DNA of 58,310 nucleotides, counting the filler, from Sphacelaria rigidula (lineage: Eukaryota): assembly GCA_964200075.2 (NCBI GenBank). It is 7 parts of 7 records of this genome, joined end to end, with 100 filler letters (N's around TTAATTAATTAA, not from the genome) between each part and the next. Parts side by side here need not be neighbours in the genome. Positions count along the whole stretch, not along the records: positions 41,723 to 49,966 come from CAXNAA020011797.1; positions 50,067 to 58,310 come from CAXNAA020011798.1; 5 more parts are not named here. One strand, written 5' to 3'. Both the position numbers and the translations under genes were made by a program. A model generated the notes under the pieces. It saw nothing but the letters and a program-made list of their open reading frames with translations, searched no databases and was not told the origin of the DNA. Positions 45,774 through 58,310 of this stretch are shown piece after piece. The first letter of the stretch is position 1, and each line of letters begins with the position of its first letter.

Positions 45774-48098
45774 CGCACAGTTACTGGCTAACGAGGCCAT
45801 GATCCACAAGATCAGGGGCGTTGTTGTGGTCATGATCCACAAGATGGACGAACCCAAGGTGAATGAAACGAAAATCCTCGCTAATTGAGGAGAAATTTGA
45901 GAAGAAAACAAAAAGATGAAACATCCATACGGAGTATTTCAGGTGCGGAACTTGCTCGGAATTTCATGCTCCGCTACTCCCTTCTGTGTTGACAACCACG
46001 TGCGCTCTGTCAAGCATAAAACGCTTCCTTTGTTTCCCGCCGGACCCGCTGCATTGTTTTTGTCCGCAAACAAAACGGCCACCAGCCTCACATTTTTCTT
46101 CAGCAACTTCGGTCCCAACAGCACTACATTCCTGCTCCCGTCCCTCACCTTTCCGGATGAAGTGCGCGGGTCTCTCAACGGTGTTTCGGCTGCTGCAGGC
46201 ACGTTGCTTTTATTTTGTTATTGTTTTCCTCCCCGTGAGTATCCGTATAAATATTTAATGCGTCGTGTATATATATATTGTGGGAAACGCATTATTTATT
46301 TTCTCGGGGTTCAGCGATTTTCGGTTCCGGAGGCAGCATATGCAAGGGTCATTCCCCACGACCAATACGCTTGCTGACTATCTGATTACCATGATTGCAA
46401 GAGCTCTCTCTCGAGGACTGCGAACTTGGGTGTGCTGCGCACTATTACAGCACATCCACGAACCCAGAGGAGACATCTAAAGCACGGAGACAGCGCCCAT
46501 AGTACTGTAGTCAGTCTTCTCAAGGTAGCATGCTGTTCTTAGTTTGAACACTGCGGGGCAATGGGTCTACGGCTGCAGCGAGTAATGTTTGTGTAGTACG
46601 TGGCATATTTGAAGGCTACAGTCAGAGTGAATCGTGTTCTGAAATAAGTATTATGGCGGGTACTTCAACACTTGTGTGTTTGCACGTTGCAAAAACGGCT
46701 GGATTTGCTGCGGATCAATCGGATGAAACGGTAATTTAATCAGTTGGTGGGTACCGCAGGGTTTGGGCAGTTGCGTCTTCTTGGTTGAATCATTTCTAAG
46801 GTGTTGTCATGTAGAGTCCTGAGAGACGCACGATGCAATCGATAGTGTAGCTGAGCACACCGCTCGCTCAAACTCCTTTTTTTGGATTTGATGTGTCTGG
46901 TTTTCGTTCTTAGGTGGGCAACTGCACGACATGCACGCATACAGTATATACACTGTATATATACGTATGTACATCAAAATATCCAAGCTTGAGTATCTGC
47001 ACGGCACACTCCTATCTCATTTCGGCGCTCATAAAAATCCGTCACGTTTCTTGAATATTTTGTTTCGCTTTTTTTTGTGGCAGCCCCGGTGCACCTTCTT
47101 TTCCCTACGCGGTTTGTTTCGGTCATGTGCCATTCTTGCATTTCATGCCATTCATGCCACTCACACAGGTAAACTGGGAGCTCTTGTAGGCAGCTTCCTC
47201 TTCGAGCCAGCGTCTGCTCGGTGGGGCGTCGGGGCAGTCCTCGTCATTTGCGCCGGCGTATCATTGGCAGGTAACACCGTCGAACACCCATCGCCGAATT
47301 TCCTTGGAGTCAGTACCACAACCGCCCCGTTTCGATATTCCAGAATATCGCCCCCTCCCGCTGCAGCCGTTGGATATCCATAGTTTGCTTCTTCGAACTG
47401 AAGCGCGCTGAGATCATGAGAGCCATACACCCATGTCGTTGATACCGGCGTTTGCTTTTTCACGAGCAGGCGGTGCGTTGACCCTTGCATTCGTCAACTT
47501 CACAGCCATGGAGGATGCAGATACGCGATTAGAGTTATCATCCGGAATTAGCGCTGGTATGAGCCACGACGGCACAGTCGAGCGCAACGGCGCCTCAGGA
47601 GCAGAGCGAGGACTCGGGGCCCAAAAAACTACCGCTACGATCAACGGGTCGCTGGCAGGTAGCGGGAGCAATAACAGCCGACGGCCAAACGGTAGGAACT
47701 TGTCGAAAGAGCGTACGCCCCTGGCTCCGACAGATCACCGCAAGAAGCACGGCCAGAAGTCCAAACTTGCCAGTATCAAACGAAACGGTAATAAGTACAG
47801 CATGGTGGGAGAGGTGAAGGGCGCGTGTCACCACGGCACGTTCAATGATGGTGATGAACACGGGGGTACGTTCAATGGAGAAGCAGCTGATGGTATAAGA
47901 GATGGAGGCGTTTTGAGGGAGGGGGGCGGTACGGAGTATCGAAGTATCTCGAGGCGCGGAGGAGGGGGGGTAGAGGGGGAGGTGCATGTGGGTTCCTCTT
48001 CTGGCTTTGGGGACGTGGGTAGTGACAGTGAGGGTGAGGACGGAGGTGGCGTCGTGAATGTTGTTGTGGTGGGGGATATGAGGATGGGGATGGTTTAA
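42182..48098 (+). CDS. MFS phosphate:H+ symporter (PHT1/Pho84 family), six 3' exons; 5' exon(s) missing
   Basis: Exons 42182-42961, 43999-44154, 44675-44775, 46086-46198, 47169-47270 and 47470-48098(TAA). Motifs [46 protein letters not shown] and SAAAGKLGA. Confidence 0.92.
45056..45215 (-). mobile_element. 3' end of a retroposon with (AATC)n tail
   Basis: (gatt)n-gtcgcac..ta(a)c..cccc..gg..tccagc.gtgg shared with 24855-24912. A longer (GATT)n + gtcgcac occurs at 45735-45778. Confidence 0.6.
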
Positions 48099-49920
48099 TT
48101 GGTTGACGGACCTTGTGTTTTGTGTGTGTTTTGTGTGTGTTTGTGCTTCCACGTGTCCGTGTGTTGCAGGGTGTTTCCTGCAGTTACGTGTGAGAGGTTC
48201 GGCAGCCTACTGTAGTATGGAGTCATGTACATGGCTGATGATGATTAATTATGGCGTATGGTGTTGGTGTGCATGTGAAAAGAGGTGCAGTGCATGATCT
48301 GACCTGGTCTGGTTCAGTTCGGTTTTTGGTTCTCCCGGCTGCGTACACGCCATTTTGGCGGGCTGACTGAGTATTTGTTCAAAAAATAGTTAAGCGTTAA
48401 CTGAAGAGCACTGTACTGTAAATGAGGTACGCTTTCGCAACGGTTGTTCGTCCGCGCGCCGTAGTGCTGAGTGGGCTGATGGAGTATGACCCCACCTCCG
48501 CTGTCAAAATCGGTCAGCTGTTCGAACTACGAACCAATCGAGGAGCCATACCGCAGAAGGAGTTGTGCGCTCACGAAATCGCGTCGAGTAGGTTCGCACT
48601 GGTGTGATGAACCCTTCGCTGTCCGACGATTGAAGTCGTGCTGCAGTAGTGATGCTGTGACGTGTCTTTAGCCCACTCAGTGGCGTGTGCGTGTGCGAGA
48701 GGCGTAAGAATGAGGGACATCGTGTTCACAACAGAGGAAGCCACGCGGGGGAGACTAGATTGTCCCGAATTTTGTAGAGAATTTTTGAAGTGGGTTTTCG
48801 GGGGAGTTTTGTAGTGTGTTCTTGTCTGATTCCCTTGCGGCTGTTTATGTTGGAGGTGTACAGCATACCTTGCATGTTACCTTTCCGTTTCGAAACGTTG
48901 TTTTTTCTCGGTGTGCCTTGGATCTCTTCAGCCGGTGGTGTAGTGTTCACCAGAATCCTTGGATTTGACTAGATGCTCACGTGTGCGTTGTCGCCGTCCC
49001 CGTCCTTGCATGTGTGTGTCAAGTGCGAAAGACGCACGCCATGCATCCACTCGTGTTGTGTGTTACTCTTGCTATCTCGGCCCGAAAGCAACAATGTACA
49101 CTTGCACAGGATGTCCCAAACTTGTGTCAGACTCCGCTCGAAGGTAGTTGAGGGTAGGACACCGTACCCTAGGTGCCCTAGATTGACAGGTAATCAGTAT
49201 CGAGATCGGGAATGCTGAGCGCCGCAGAGTGCTTAGGGTATCGATTGCCGGCAGTACTGAGTATTTCAGGGTATATGTGGTATCGACTGAAGGAGATCCT
49301 GAGTACTTTGGTACCTGCGGTATGTACACCATGTTCCCGTGCCCATACCCATACCCATACCCGTACCCTTCACACCCTGGACTAGATTATATTGTCAAAA
49401 AGTGTACTGCGTACAGTATGGAATCCATTGTCTATTGCAATAGACGCAGTAGCCGTCACCGTACACAGCACGTTCTTTTTTTTACTGTGATGTATTGTCC
49501 AGGTTGTTGTGCCCTTATCCTCACCTTTTTCGATTTCGTTATTTTCTCTTTTGATCGTGTTTTGAGCACTCATGTTGCCAATTCCGGTGGTGCGGATCTT
49601 TTGCTGACGACCTGACAGCCTCTTCTTGGAATGAGTGTGGAATCGCTTGCGTGGGGTCTGTGTGTGATATGCTGAGATGCATACGTGCATGGAAACAGCC
49701 GACGGCGGTTTAGGGTACTGGTACTGGTATACGCCCACTTTAGGAACAGGTGCTCTGGAAGATTCCGTACTTCTTCAGCAGTCCACACTACGTACCCTAC
49801 CGCATTTTTAATATTCCAATTTCACGGGGCGAATGTGGTTTCTGCTCCGGGTAAAAACTCGACTGACAGTCTTTTTGCGACTCGATTTTTGCGACTTTCG
49901 TTTTGGTAGATTTCGGCCGG

Positions 49921-49966
49921 TCGCCCCGGTGGCTCAGTTGGTAACCTCGTATCCTTCTGATGGTTG
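49921..49966 (+). mobile_element. 5' end of tRNA-derived SINE, cut by contig end
   Basis: gccccggtggctcagttggtaacctcg matches the 36022 head. Confidence 0.75.
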
Positions 49967-50066
49967 NNNNNNNNNNNNNNNNNNNNNNNNNNNNNNNNNN
50001 NNNNNNNNNNTTAATTAATTAANNNNNNNNNNNNNNNNNNNNNNNNNNNNNNNNNNNNNNNNNNNN
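49967..50066. other. Artificial contig-joining spacer
   Basis: Same 100-bp spacer. Confidence 0.98.
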
Positions 50067-50225
50067 TAAAAAAATGACTCACTTAAAGCGACTGATCAAA
50101 GCCACTCTCAATCGTATCACCTACTCTCAATCTCACGAAAACACTGTTGTATAGCATTCTCACACAAAGCAGACGTGCCAAGTTTAGTACCATCTCAACC
50201 AGTAGCATTCAATATCATCATATTT

Positions 50226-53200
50226 TCAAACCTTTATACCATACTTTGCCTGCAGACGTGCTCGCACCTTTTTATTTAGTCCCAACTTACGCAGCTCAGA
50301 TTTTACGAATTGCGGAGCTCCGTCCAAAATATTGTCCAGAGGCTCCCAGGAGTTTTCATCTTGGCCGAATCCGATCCACTCCACTTGTACATAAAGTCCA
50401 TCTCCTGCTTCGTCCTCAGATATACCAACAATAGCCTCCATCCCGAACTCGCCTTGTGCAAAAGCATACTGAAACACCTCCTGAACATCAGCTGTAATCT
50501 TCAGCACCTTGTCCGCATAAAATCGAAGGCGGGCGACATGCACATCCTGTACCTCGCCATTCACAATGTTGTGTACCCCGTACACATACATGTTGTTGTT
50601 CCGCCGTCACAATCCGCCAAGGCCCCGTCCACGTACTCACAAGCTTCGGCGTAGTTCCCGAACGCCACACTCTCGCCGTCAGCACGTAATCGCCCACCAC
50701 AAAGTTAGGAAGCTTCCCCTTACTAGCCACACGTCTCTGTAGATCGCAATTATTCTCGACACGCTGCGCCACCTCCTTGTGCAGCTCTTGCTGAGCCTCA
50801 ACAATTGACGTCACCTGTCGCCTCAAAGCCTTCTTCTTCAAGCACATCGACGCTTCATTTGCCCCCAGTTGACGGTGCCAGAGTAGAGAAACTGGTGCGC
50901 GGAACCCGGCCAAACATAACATGGTATGGCGTGCTAGCATAACGCTCTCGGAAAGCAGTGTTCAATGCCCACTGCACTGCAGGCACCAAACTCACCCATT
51001 CACGAACATCACGCCTTTCCTCTTGCAACATTGCCTTCAATATACGAACAGTCTCTCGCATCATTCGCTCACAGGTGCCATTAGACCATGGCGAGTTAGC
51101 AACCGCGAATCGGCGATCCAGCTTCAGCGCCTTCTCAAGCGCTCTCATTACACGACTCTTGAAATGCGATGCCGTATCGCTGACCCATACCTCTGGCGAC
51201 CCCAGCGTTTTGCACCATCTCAACAGATGCTTCACCGTCGTCGCCGCCGTACAAGACTCCGCGGGCTCCAACCACACGAAGTTGCTCAAATCGTCCATCA
51301 TGAGTAATATATACTTGAACCCGTCTCCTTCGTCCAAGCCACTATTTCCCAGGAGGTCACTCTCGCCAACGTAGAGAAAATCAAAATGCAGCACCTCCCC
51401 TGGGCGGGTACCATGCACCGTCTCCCCGAAGGGACGCGGGACCGTCTCCCCCGCCTTGGAATCAAAACAGTGCAGGCACTACTTCACAAACTCAGTCCAT
51501 CCGGAACCAACACCAATACTCTTGCAAGCGCTTTAAAGTTGCCACAACCCCTCGGTGACCAGCCCCTTTCATGTGAGCGCATACCATCAAGCGTATTTGT
51601 AGTTCTTTCGATTCCGGCGGGATCCACAGTACATCCCTCCCTGCAACATGCACGCGAAACAAACCCTCACCATCTTTGAAGACACGCCCAACAGCGGCAG
51701 TAAACATCTCGGCCCCATCAACCATACCTCCTAACCCCTCACGGGCTTGCTCTTGGGCTTCACAAACGGCCTCTTTCGACGGTAGCGTCTCATCAGGCTC
51801 TCCACTTGCAAAAATTGCGATGGCTCTCACGAATACCGCTGGAACGTCCACCCACCGGGACAGTAGATCTCCCCAGCACTTACGCTCACCAGAAATATGC
51901 CTGATTGAATAACCACACCGCCCGAGTACAGTCTTCCATTGTTCAAGGCACTGGGCGGCAGTTTTCGCCAGTGTGGTCACACAAACTTCGGGATCAAAAA
52001 TATAAGCGAGATTGCGATGGTCCGTGAATATGGTCACTCCTCCCCACAAAAGGTACTCCAACCTACGAAACGTACTCACGATGGCATTTCCTTCCTTGTC
52101 GACCGTAGCCCACCGCAACTGCGCTCCTCGAAACGTCCCACTAAGAAATCCCAGGGGCTCATAACTCATGTCCTCTACCGCTATATCGCGATCCAATTCA
52201 GCTCTCGGTAACTGGGTCTCGAAGCTCCCCCCGTGAAGATCCGACGCCTCTGGAAACATCATCCCCTCAGAGCCCTCCTTGGGATGTGACAGAGCAACAG
52301 CACGCGCCATCAAATCTTGCGCCGCTGTCCAAGCTTGCGCACACTCAAATGTCCACGCCGCCTCCTTGGTTGTCCTGTTTGAAGCAACCCGCTTTGTACG
52401 GCGCACGTTGCCCATCATATGCTCCTCGAGCAGGAGACGAAGTGGCTCCACCACTTCAGCAAGTCGCGGAAGAGACGTCCGCAGCCAATTCACCTCTTGC
52501 AAAAATTGCATCAACTCGCCCGCGGTTTGAGGACGCCTCATATTCGCCAAACCGCTCAGCCGCTCCCTGTCGTGAGCCACCTGCCCACCCGAGAGAACCT
52601 TTCCGCACCACGTAAGTTGCGTATCATAAAACATACACTTGTGTACAGCCGCAAAAAGAACAGCATCCTCGAGGCGGCTTAAAATCGCATTCAGCGTGCA
52701 CAGCAAGTCATCTTCATTTGCCTCCCACCACAAGATGTCATCTACCCACACCTTACATGGAAGTCCTGTCAATTACTTCGTCATAGTGCCCTGAAAATAC
52801 CCCGTAGCGTTGAGTACTCCTTGAGGCACGCGCATAGGCGTAAATAACCGGTCAGGGGTTGCGATAGTGAAAATATCTTGGGCATCTACCGCCAACAGCA
52901 TCTGCTAGTATCCCTGCAGCATGTCTAGCTTTCCAAAACAAGCAACCCCTAACAAATCCGTCATCTCCACTTCTTGGTTTGGCATCACAGTCGGCACTTT
53001 CTCACTCTGCTTATTAACGGCACGGTAATCACTTACCAGTCTAAAACCGCCCCTTTTAGGCGTTGCAACAGCCTCGCTCGCCCATACTGCCTGCAAACTG
53101 CGATACACGAGCCCGAGCGCCACCAACATCGCCATGCAACGTGCCAAGCATGCCATCTTAACCGGAGAGTATGCTCGCGGCCTAACCTCAACCGCCGTGG

Positions 53201-55196
53201 CACCAGGTTTGAATGTCACCGTGAGAGGCTCGACACGAGCGGGCGGATCGCCACGCAGCGCTCGCCGAAAAGCATCCGCACGGCGGTTTACAAGCTCGCG
53301 AAGCTTGCCCACGCCGCTCTCGGACATACCATTATTGTCAGCTGCTAGTACCGCCTATTCCAGCGCGACCTTACACTCAGCCAGCTCTTGTTCGGGGGTC
53401 ATATTCATCTCCGGACCGCGCGAGACCAACCGCTCGACTGAGGGATCCACAGACTCTTCCCGATCATATTGGTGCTGCAGAGCCTCAACCGCGATGTTGA
53501 TACGTCGACAATCCTTGAATTCAGGCGTGTCTACACCACGCACCGAAGTGTTTCTCGCCCGCGCACAGGCACCTAACCTACTGTACACGTCGATGCCAAG
53601 CTCCTCTAGCATAGGGCTCCCCATGATTATGACATCATCGGTACCCGGCATGACCGCATAGGAGCATGGGTCCAATACAAACGGACCCCAGCTGGTGTGC
53701 AAAGCGGTGCGGACAGGGCAAGTTTTCTGCTTCACGCGCTCAACTTTGCCATCAGCCAATTTCACCAACTGTTCACCAGCGATCGGCCTCACCACTTGAA
53801 CATCTGGAACCATGGCTTGCAATTTCGCCGCCACATCAGCTGACATGGTCATAAGTCCAGATCCTGAATCTAAAATAGCCGTGACCGGACAAACACCCTT
53901 TTCCTCTGCACTCGGGACAGACAAGTCGGCAAGACACCACCTTTCCTTGTTATCTACTTGCAGACCCTCGGATTGAAAACCTGACACCTCACCCGCTTTG
54001 AGCGATCTCCATGCTGGGACCGCCTCAGATTTCGAACCCGGGAACGAGTGCGATGACATGATCTGCTGTACGCCACTAGTAAAAGCGACCGGTTCTGGTG
54101 GAAACATCGCCCCTCCGCTGGGAGCACCTTGTCCATCGGCTGAAAATACAGCACTTGTAGGGGCGGGACTCGTGCCCTCTCCACGAGGCACCTGTCCAGG
54201 GCCCTGCGACAGCTGCTGTTGTTGCTGCCGCTTGTCGCCAGCCTTCGCCTGCCCACCGTCACTACGTTGTGTAGCAGCAGCCTGGCCTTGCTGCTTGCAA
54301 TCCTTCCGGAAATGGCCCTTGTCTCCACATATGAAACATCCTGCATGGTTTGGGCCTGGTTTGCGGGTTTTCCCGGAACTGGCAGTCCCATTTCCACTGC
54401 TCGCCGTTTCTCCACCATTCGGTTGGCGCTTGCTTCCGGAAGTCCCGCGGCCACTCTTTTGTTTCAGCTGCGGCTGCTGACGGCGCTGCTTATCCGCCGT
54501 TTCCACCATCTTCCATGCCTCCGCTGCTTCCCGAGCCGTGGTAAACACAAGCTCAGCGTCCTCCTTTCACTCCCCCTTCATGTTCAACATGTTGAGGACT
54601 TTGGTTTTGAATTGGGGGGGGGGGGGGGGGGTTAGTCCATTCAACATTTCCCGCGTAATGATTTGAGGGGGCCCTGGTTTGAAATCTGCATCATCGCGAA
54701 ATGCACGCTCGGCGCTAGCATTCTCCGCAAAATAATTCTCCAGGGCACCCCATTGCCATTCTACTCTTCCCATTGCAGTTTGCTCGTTGCGGGGCGCCAA
54801 CGCTTTCCGCACACCAGCGGCAGCAACTGAAGGATCATCCTCTTCATCTCGCCAACATTTCGCATGTCGGCCTAGTGCCTCCTTGAGATCATCTTCGGCA
54901 AGCACGGATCCGTAAAAAATCATGCGTGACAAACACGCACGAATGTGCTTCGGGACCAGTTCAGTAATAGTCAATAAGACGGCCTGCATACTACGTCCCT
55001 TGTTGTTCATTTTGACCGCCTCTTCATACTCGACGTATTTATGATAAAAACGTCGGGATACATTTTCGCGAAAATGCCGTCCGTACTCTGGGGCTTTCAG
55101 CGATCCTGCAGGCATCAGCTCAGTAAACTTGAACTTCACCTCTTCGCCTGCATCGTCATCACCCACTTTCCTGCGCGCTGCCATAGCTGCACGCAA
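50226..55196 (-). mobile_element. Decayed chromodomain-bearing Gypsy retrotransposon (gag-PR-RT-RNaseH-IN-chromo)
   Basis: Gag 55196-54567, CFICGDKGHFRKDC knuckle, protease ILDSGS, RT (FRLVSDYRAVN, KLDMLQGY, WVDD), RNase H (FLSGTF, DKEG, FTDHRNL), integrase (LHFDF, VSDTASHF, SNGTCER, WTGPW) and chromodomain (VEWIGFGQDENSWEPL). Several stops and frameshifts. Confidence 0.95.
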
Positions 55197-58039
55197 CAGT
55201 TCCAGTCAACCTAGCCGTCTCTCTATTGTCAGCGAGCTCCCTCACCTTACAGAGTGCACACTCCTGTGCACAAGCTTTGATATAATTTCTCCGTAGCTGC
55301 CCACAGCTGAAAAAACTCTCCCAGAAACCAGCGGGTTCCTCTTAATAAACGTTTATTATAGAGCCCTCCTGGACTCAGAACAAGCTCACAAGATTGCTCC
55401 AAGGGCTTCCTCCTTCACTAGGGCTTGGAGGCTTGAAGACAGTTGTTGTTCATAAACACACAGCCTTCGTTATCGGAAGCAACCACATGCGTGAAGCATG
55501 TGATGTTCAAATCCACGAAGTCTGCCGATCAGACCCATGATTACGTCAACTAATAGAAAACGCCTACAGCAGATTGTTCCACTTGTATATCATGATGAAT
55601 CTTCACGTATGTGTACTGGAGGTGGACTACTCTACAGCCCACATCTGACTACTCTACACCTCCCTTTTCAGTAACAAACACACACTCGTCTGTGTTGTCC
55701 TCAGCCACTGCCATGTCGATGCTGGTGAAAGCTTCTGCATCAGCATGCAAGCATACGGAGTCGTCATCGACAAAGTCTTCCACCACGCCCATAACCATCG
55801 CCGCGTCCCCTACAGTACTTTGAGAGTCAATCAGCTGATGTCCTTAATACGAAGCTTCATGGACCGGGTGCATTGTCGCGGGAAGTTGTAGGCCTGCCAT
55901 GATCAGTTGAGACCAGGTATCATTTATGTAATTAATTCACCCATAATTCCTACTCACACACACATAACACAAACTAAAACCACCACGCTGAATCAGAACT
56001 AACACACGGAATCAAGTGGGGCGGGAAATCCTTCATACAAAATCACACGTCATGATCCCATATTTTCGGCACGCGAGAAGGCGTGTGCCCCCAGTAGATT
56101 TGCACTGCAAGCACTACATCGGGTATACCTCAAATAACAGGACTAGTCTTTTATTTGTACTTCCCCTGTATGTCATGACCCAATCTTGATATCCATTTCC
56201 CTTGTATCCAGGCAGATCCTGGAGCGTAAGTATAATCGATTAGCCTCCCTGCTTTCGGCTCTAGGACTGATGGTTTATCCTGAATACATAGTGCCTCGTT
56301 CTAAAAACGGGAAAATATTTCATGTTCTTCAGGACATGAACCCAACACTATATTACCAAGAACTGAAAAAAAAATCACGATCCCGTCAGTAAAAAACCTT
56401 TCCAGCCACGTTCAGACGTCGCAAACTCGTCTACTTCAGCAATCGAAAGCTCAAATCCTGAACAGAATCAGTTCTTCGTAACCTATCCATGCCCCATTTC
56501 AATAATTGTTTGCGTCAGTCAGCACAAAACAAATAGATATATGTGTATCAATCTCAATCATTACCAGTTCCCAAATCTTCCTTGGAACAACAAAAAATCA
56601 CACATGAAGGCACAGTGGACACCCTTTTCACACTCTTCAGTTACCATGATGACATTCGAGAAACACACTCAACCTTCCAATACTCGAATATGTAAAAAAA
56701 AACACTATTCTTATGGTAACAAGATCCTGTTGTCTATGTGAAATTCGATTCAACATACCGTCTACGACACGGTCTACATCAGGCAAGTGTCTACAGTCAA
56801 CATGTCCAGTGACCGAGATATCATTCCACTGAACAATAACATGACTCCTTGAAATAGTATGCAAAATAAACACTGCAAAATGAAAACTTGCAGTAGTGGT
56901 GTGTGTACCACTTCCCCACGAGTTCGACCTCAACGTTCAAATTCAAATAAAATTAATTCAAGTTCAAATCGCTAAAACTAGAGGTATGCTCGAATACAAA
57001 AATATATAGATTTCCCATCTGTCCCAACATGAGAGCACAAGACCTGCTCCTGTTTGTACCACTCTGTATCCTAGAAAGACATCATTAGCCTCCCTGATGT
57101 CGACCATCTATCAATTGCCTAGAATAGGTGATATAACCTACATCAGTGAAAACTTGCAAGCTCGGATCCTTTTACGTCAGAACACGAAAAAATCTCTTTC
57201 AAACCTCGTTCACTTAATAGACCCTAGAATACCTAGAGAAAACGTATGTACCAGTACACTCGTGCTTTCACAACGACTTGTACTGCTGATATCCTATCAG
57301 GGAGAAACTCGGAACATAAAACCGAAGTCTGTAAGCACTAAAAATATTGTAACCAAAATTAGCGGTTGATCAGTCCACTTTTTTTCGAATTACTGATCTT
57401 TAATGCGAATTTCGCTCGTCATCCGGCCCGATAAATTGCCAAAATCGTCAAACTCATCGTCCCACTCTTCAAATATTTCCTCTTTCACAAACCAATCAAT
57501 CTCTGTACACCAAAGTCCAAGTGCATGCAAATAAGTCAAACTAGGAGTTACTCTGCATAATCAGGACTGTCACCCCAAATATATCAGGACGGATATTACT
57601 CCTTGAATAAACGCCACATCCTGAGAGAATATGACGTGAATTGCTCCATGTTAAAACGCCCCCCCCCGATTCAATATTACATATTGATTTGCAGGGAGTA
57701 TTGCTTTCAGGTTCCACATGAAAACATAACATCGATGACTCCAGAGTCAGTTCTCGTGAGTATCCTGGTGCATAGTCAGTCCCGCATGTTGAACGGCGGG
57801 TGAATAGTCAATTGTTTAGTGACACCCAGGACTAAAAACCGTTCCACTCTAGGAAGTATACTCGAGGTTGAATCCACGCCATGTTCTTTCCACAATTGAA
57901 AATGTCCAACCCAAAATCCAGAGCCGGCGAATCAATTTGCCAAGAACGTTTTAGCGCGGATCGCAAAACATCGAATTCCCTCTCGAAATCCATGACCGAC
58001 GGATCGAATTGTCCAAAATACTCCACCGTGGATCACCCC

Positions 58040-58262
58040 ATCAGGGCAATCGCCAAAAACCGGTATACCGACGGCATTTTCGCCAACATCCGGTATAGCT
58101 CACACACACCCTCAGAAACGCTACTAATGCAGCCGCCTGATTGGCCACATCCCGCCGCGTGCGCATTCTGGCAAAAACACGCACGGTATACCTGTTCTTG
58201 GAAACTCGATTTGGCTTTCACCGGTTTTGGCGATGGTCTCACCGGTTTTTGGCGATCGAGAC
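58040..58262. mobile_element. Small inverted-repeat element (probable MITE)
   Basis: atcgccaaaaaccggt (58049-58064) is inverted at 58241-58256, with internal sub-repeats accggttttggcgat and cggtata. Confidence 0.6.
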
Positions 58263-58310
58263 AGTAATGCCCAAGTTCCCGGCCAGCCCCAAAACACACA
58301 CGTCACCATG

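Noticed and set aside
27885..48098. eIF1 + SF3B1 + phosphate transporter as a gene cluster
   Set aside because: They lie on three different contigs separated by artificial spacers.
8246..50066. Regular ~8.34-kb periodicity of TTAATTAATTAA motifs as a biological array
   Set aside because: The motif sits within fixed N padding and is an assembly linker between length-sorted contigs.
53355..53357. Programmed stop-codon readthrough between protease and RT
   Set aside because: The element has several other stops and frameshifts, and the related copy on contig 2 has no equivalent stop, so simple decay is more likely.

Overview
Eukaryotic, intron-rich, transposon-dense DNA, most consistent with a brown alga (Phaeophyceae). 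This is inferred from stramenopile-like eIF1 and SF3B1, FNIP-repeat relics, TTAGGG repeats and long introns. The window is not one locus. Six identical 100-bp spacers (44 N + TTAATTAATTAA + 44 N) cut it into seven pieces of 8245, 8245, 8244, 8244, 8244, 8244 and 8244 bp, i.e. unplaced contigs concatenated by length, so neighbourhood across spacers means nothing. Contig 1 has the 3' exons of a Cys-rich repeat protein with a ~360-nt intronic hairpin, and a Gypsy-type integrase ending in chromo-like plus Tudor-like modules that is interrupted by a 256-bp TIR element. Contig 2 has a Copia relic with a nested, internally deleted Gypsy element that keeps both LTRs and an open gag. Contig 3 has an uncharacterised multi-exon gene with one frameshift plus a dispersed repeat family. 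Contig 4 has two FNIP-repeat pseudogenes and eIF1. Contig 5 has seven exons of SF3B1. Contig 6 has six exons of a PHT1/Pho84-type phosphate transporter. Contig 7 has a decayed chromovirus. I see no multi-gene novel system. The best leads are the intronic hairpin (candidate miRNA/hpRNA), the possible Polinton-type MITE, the dual-reader integrase tail, telomere-repeat-bearing MITEs and the gag-only LTR element.
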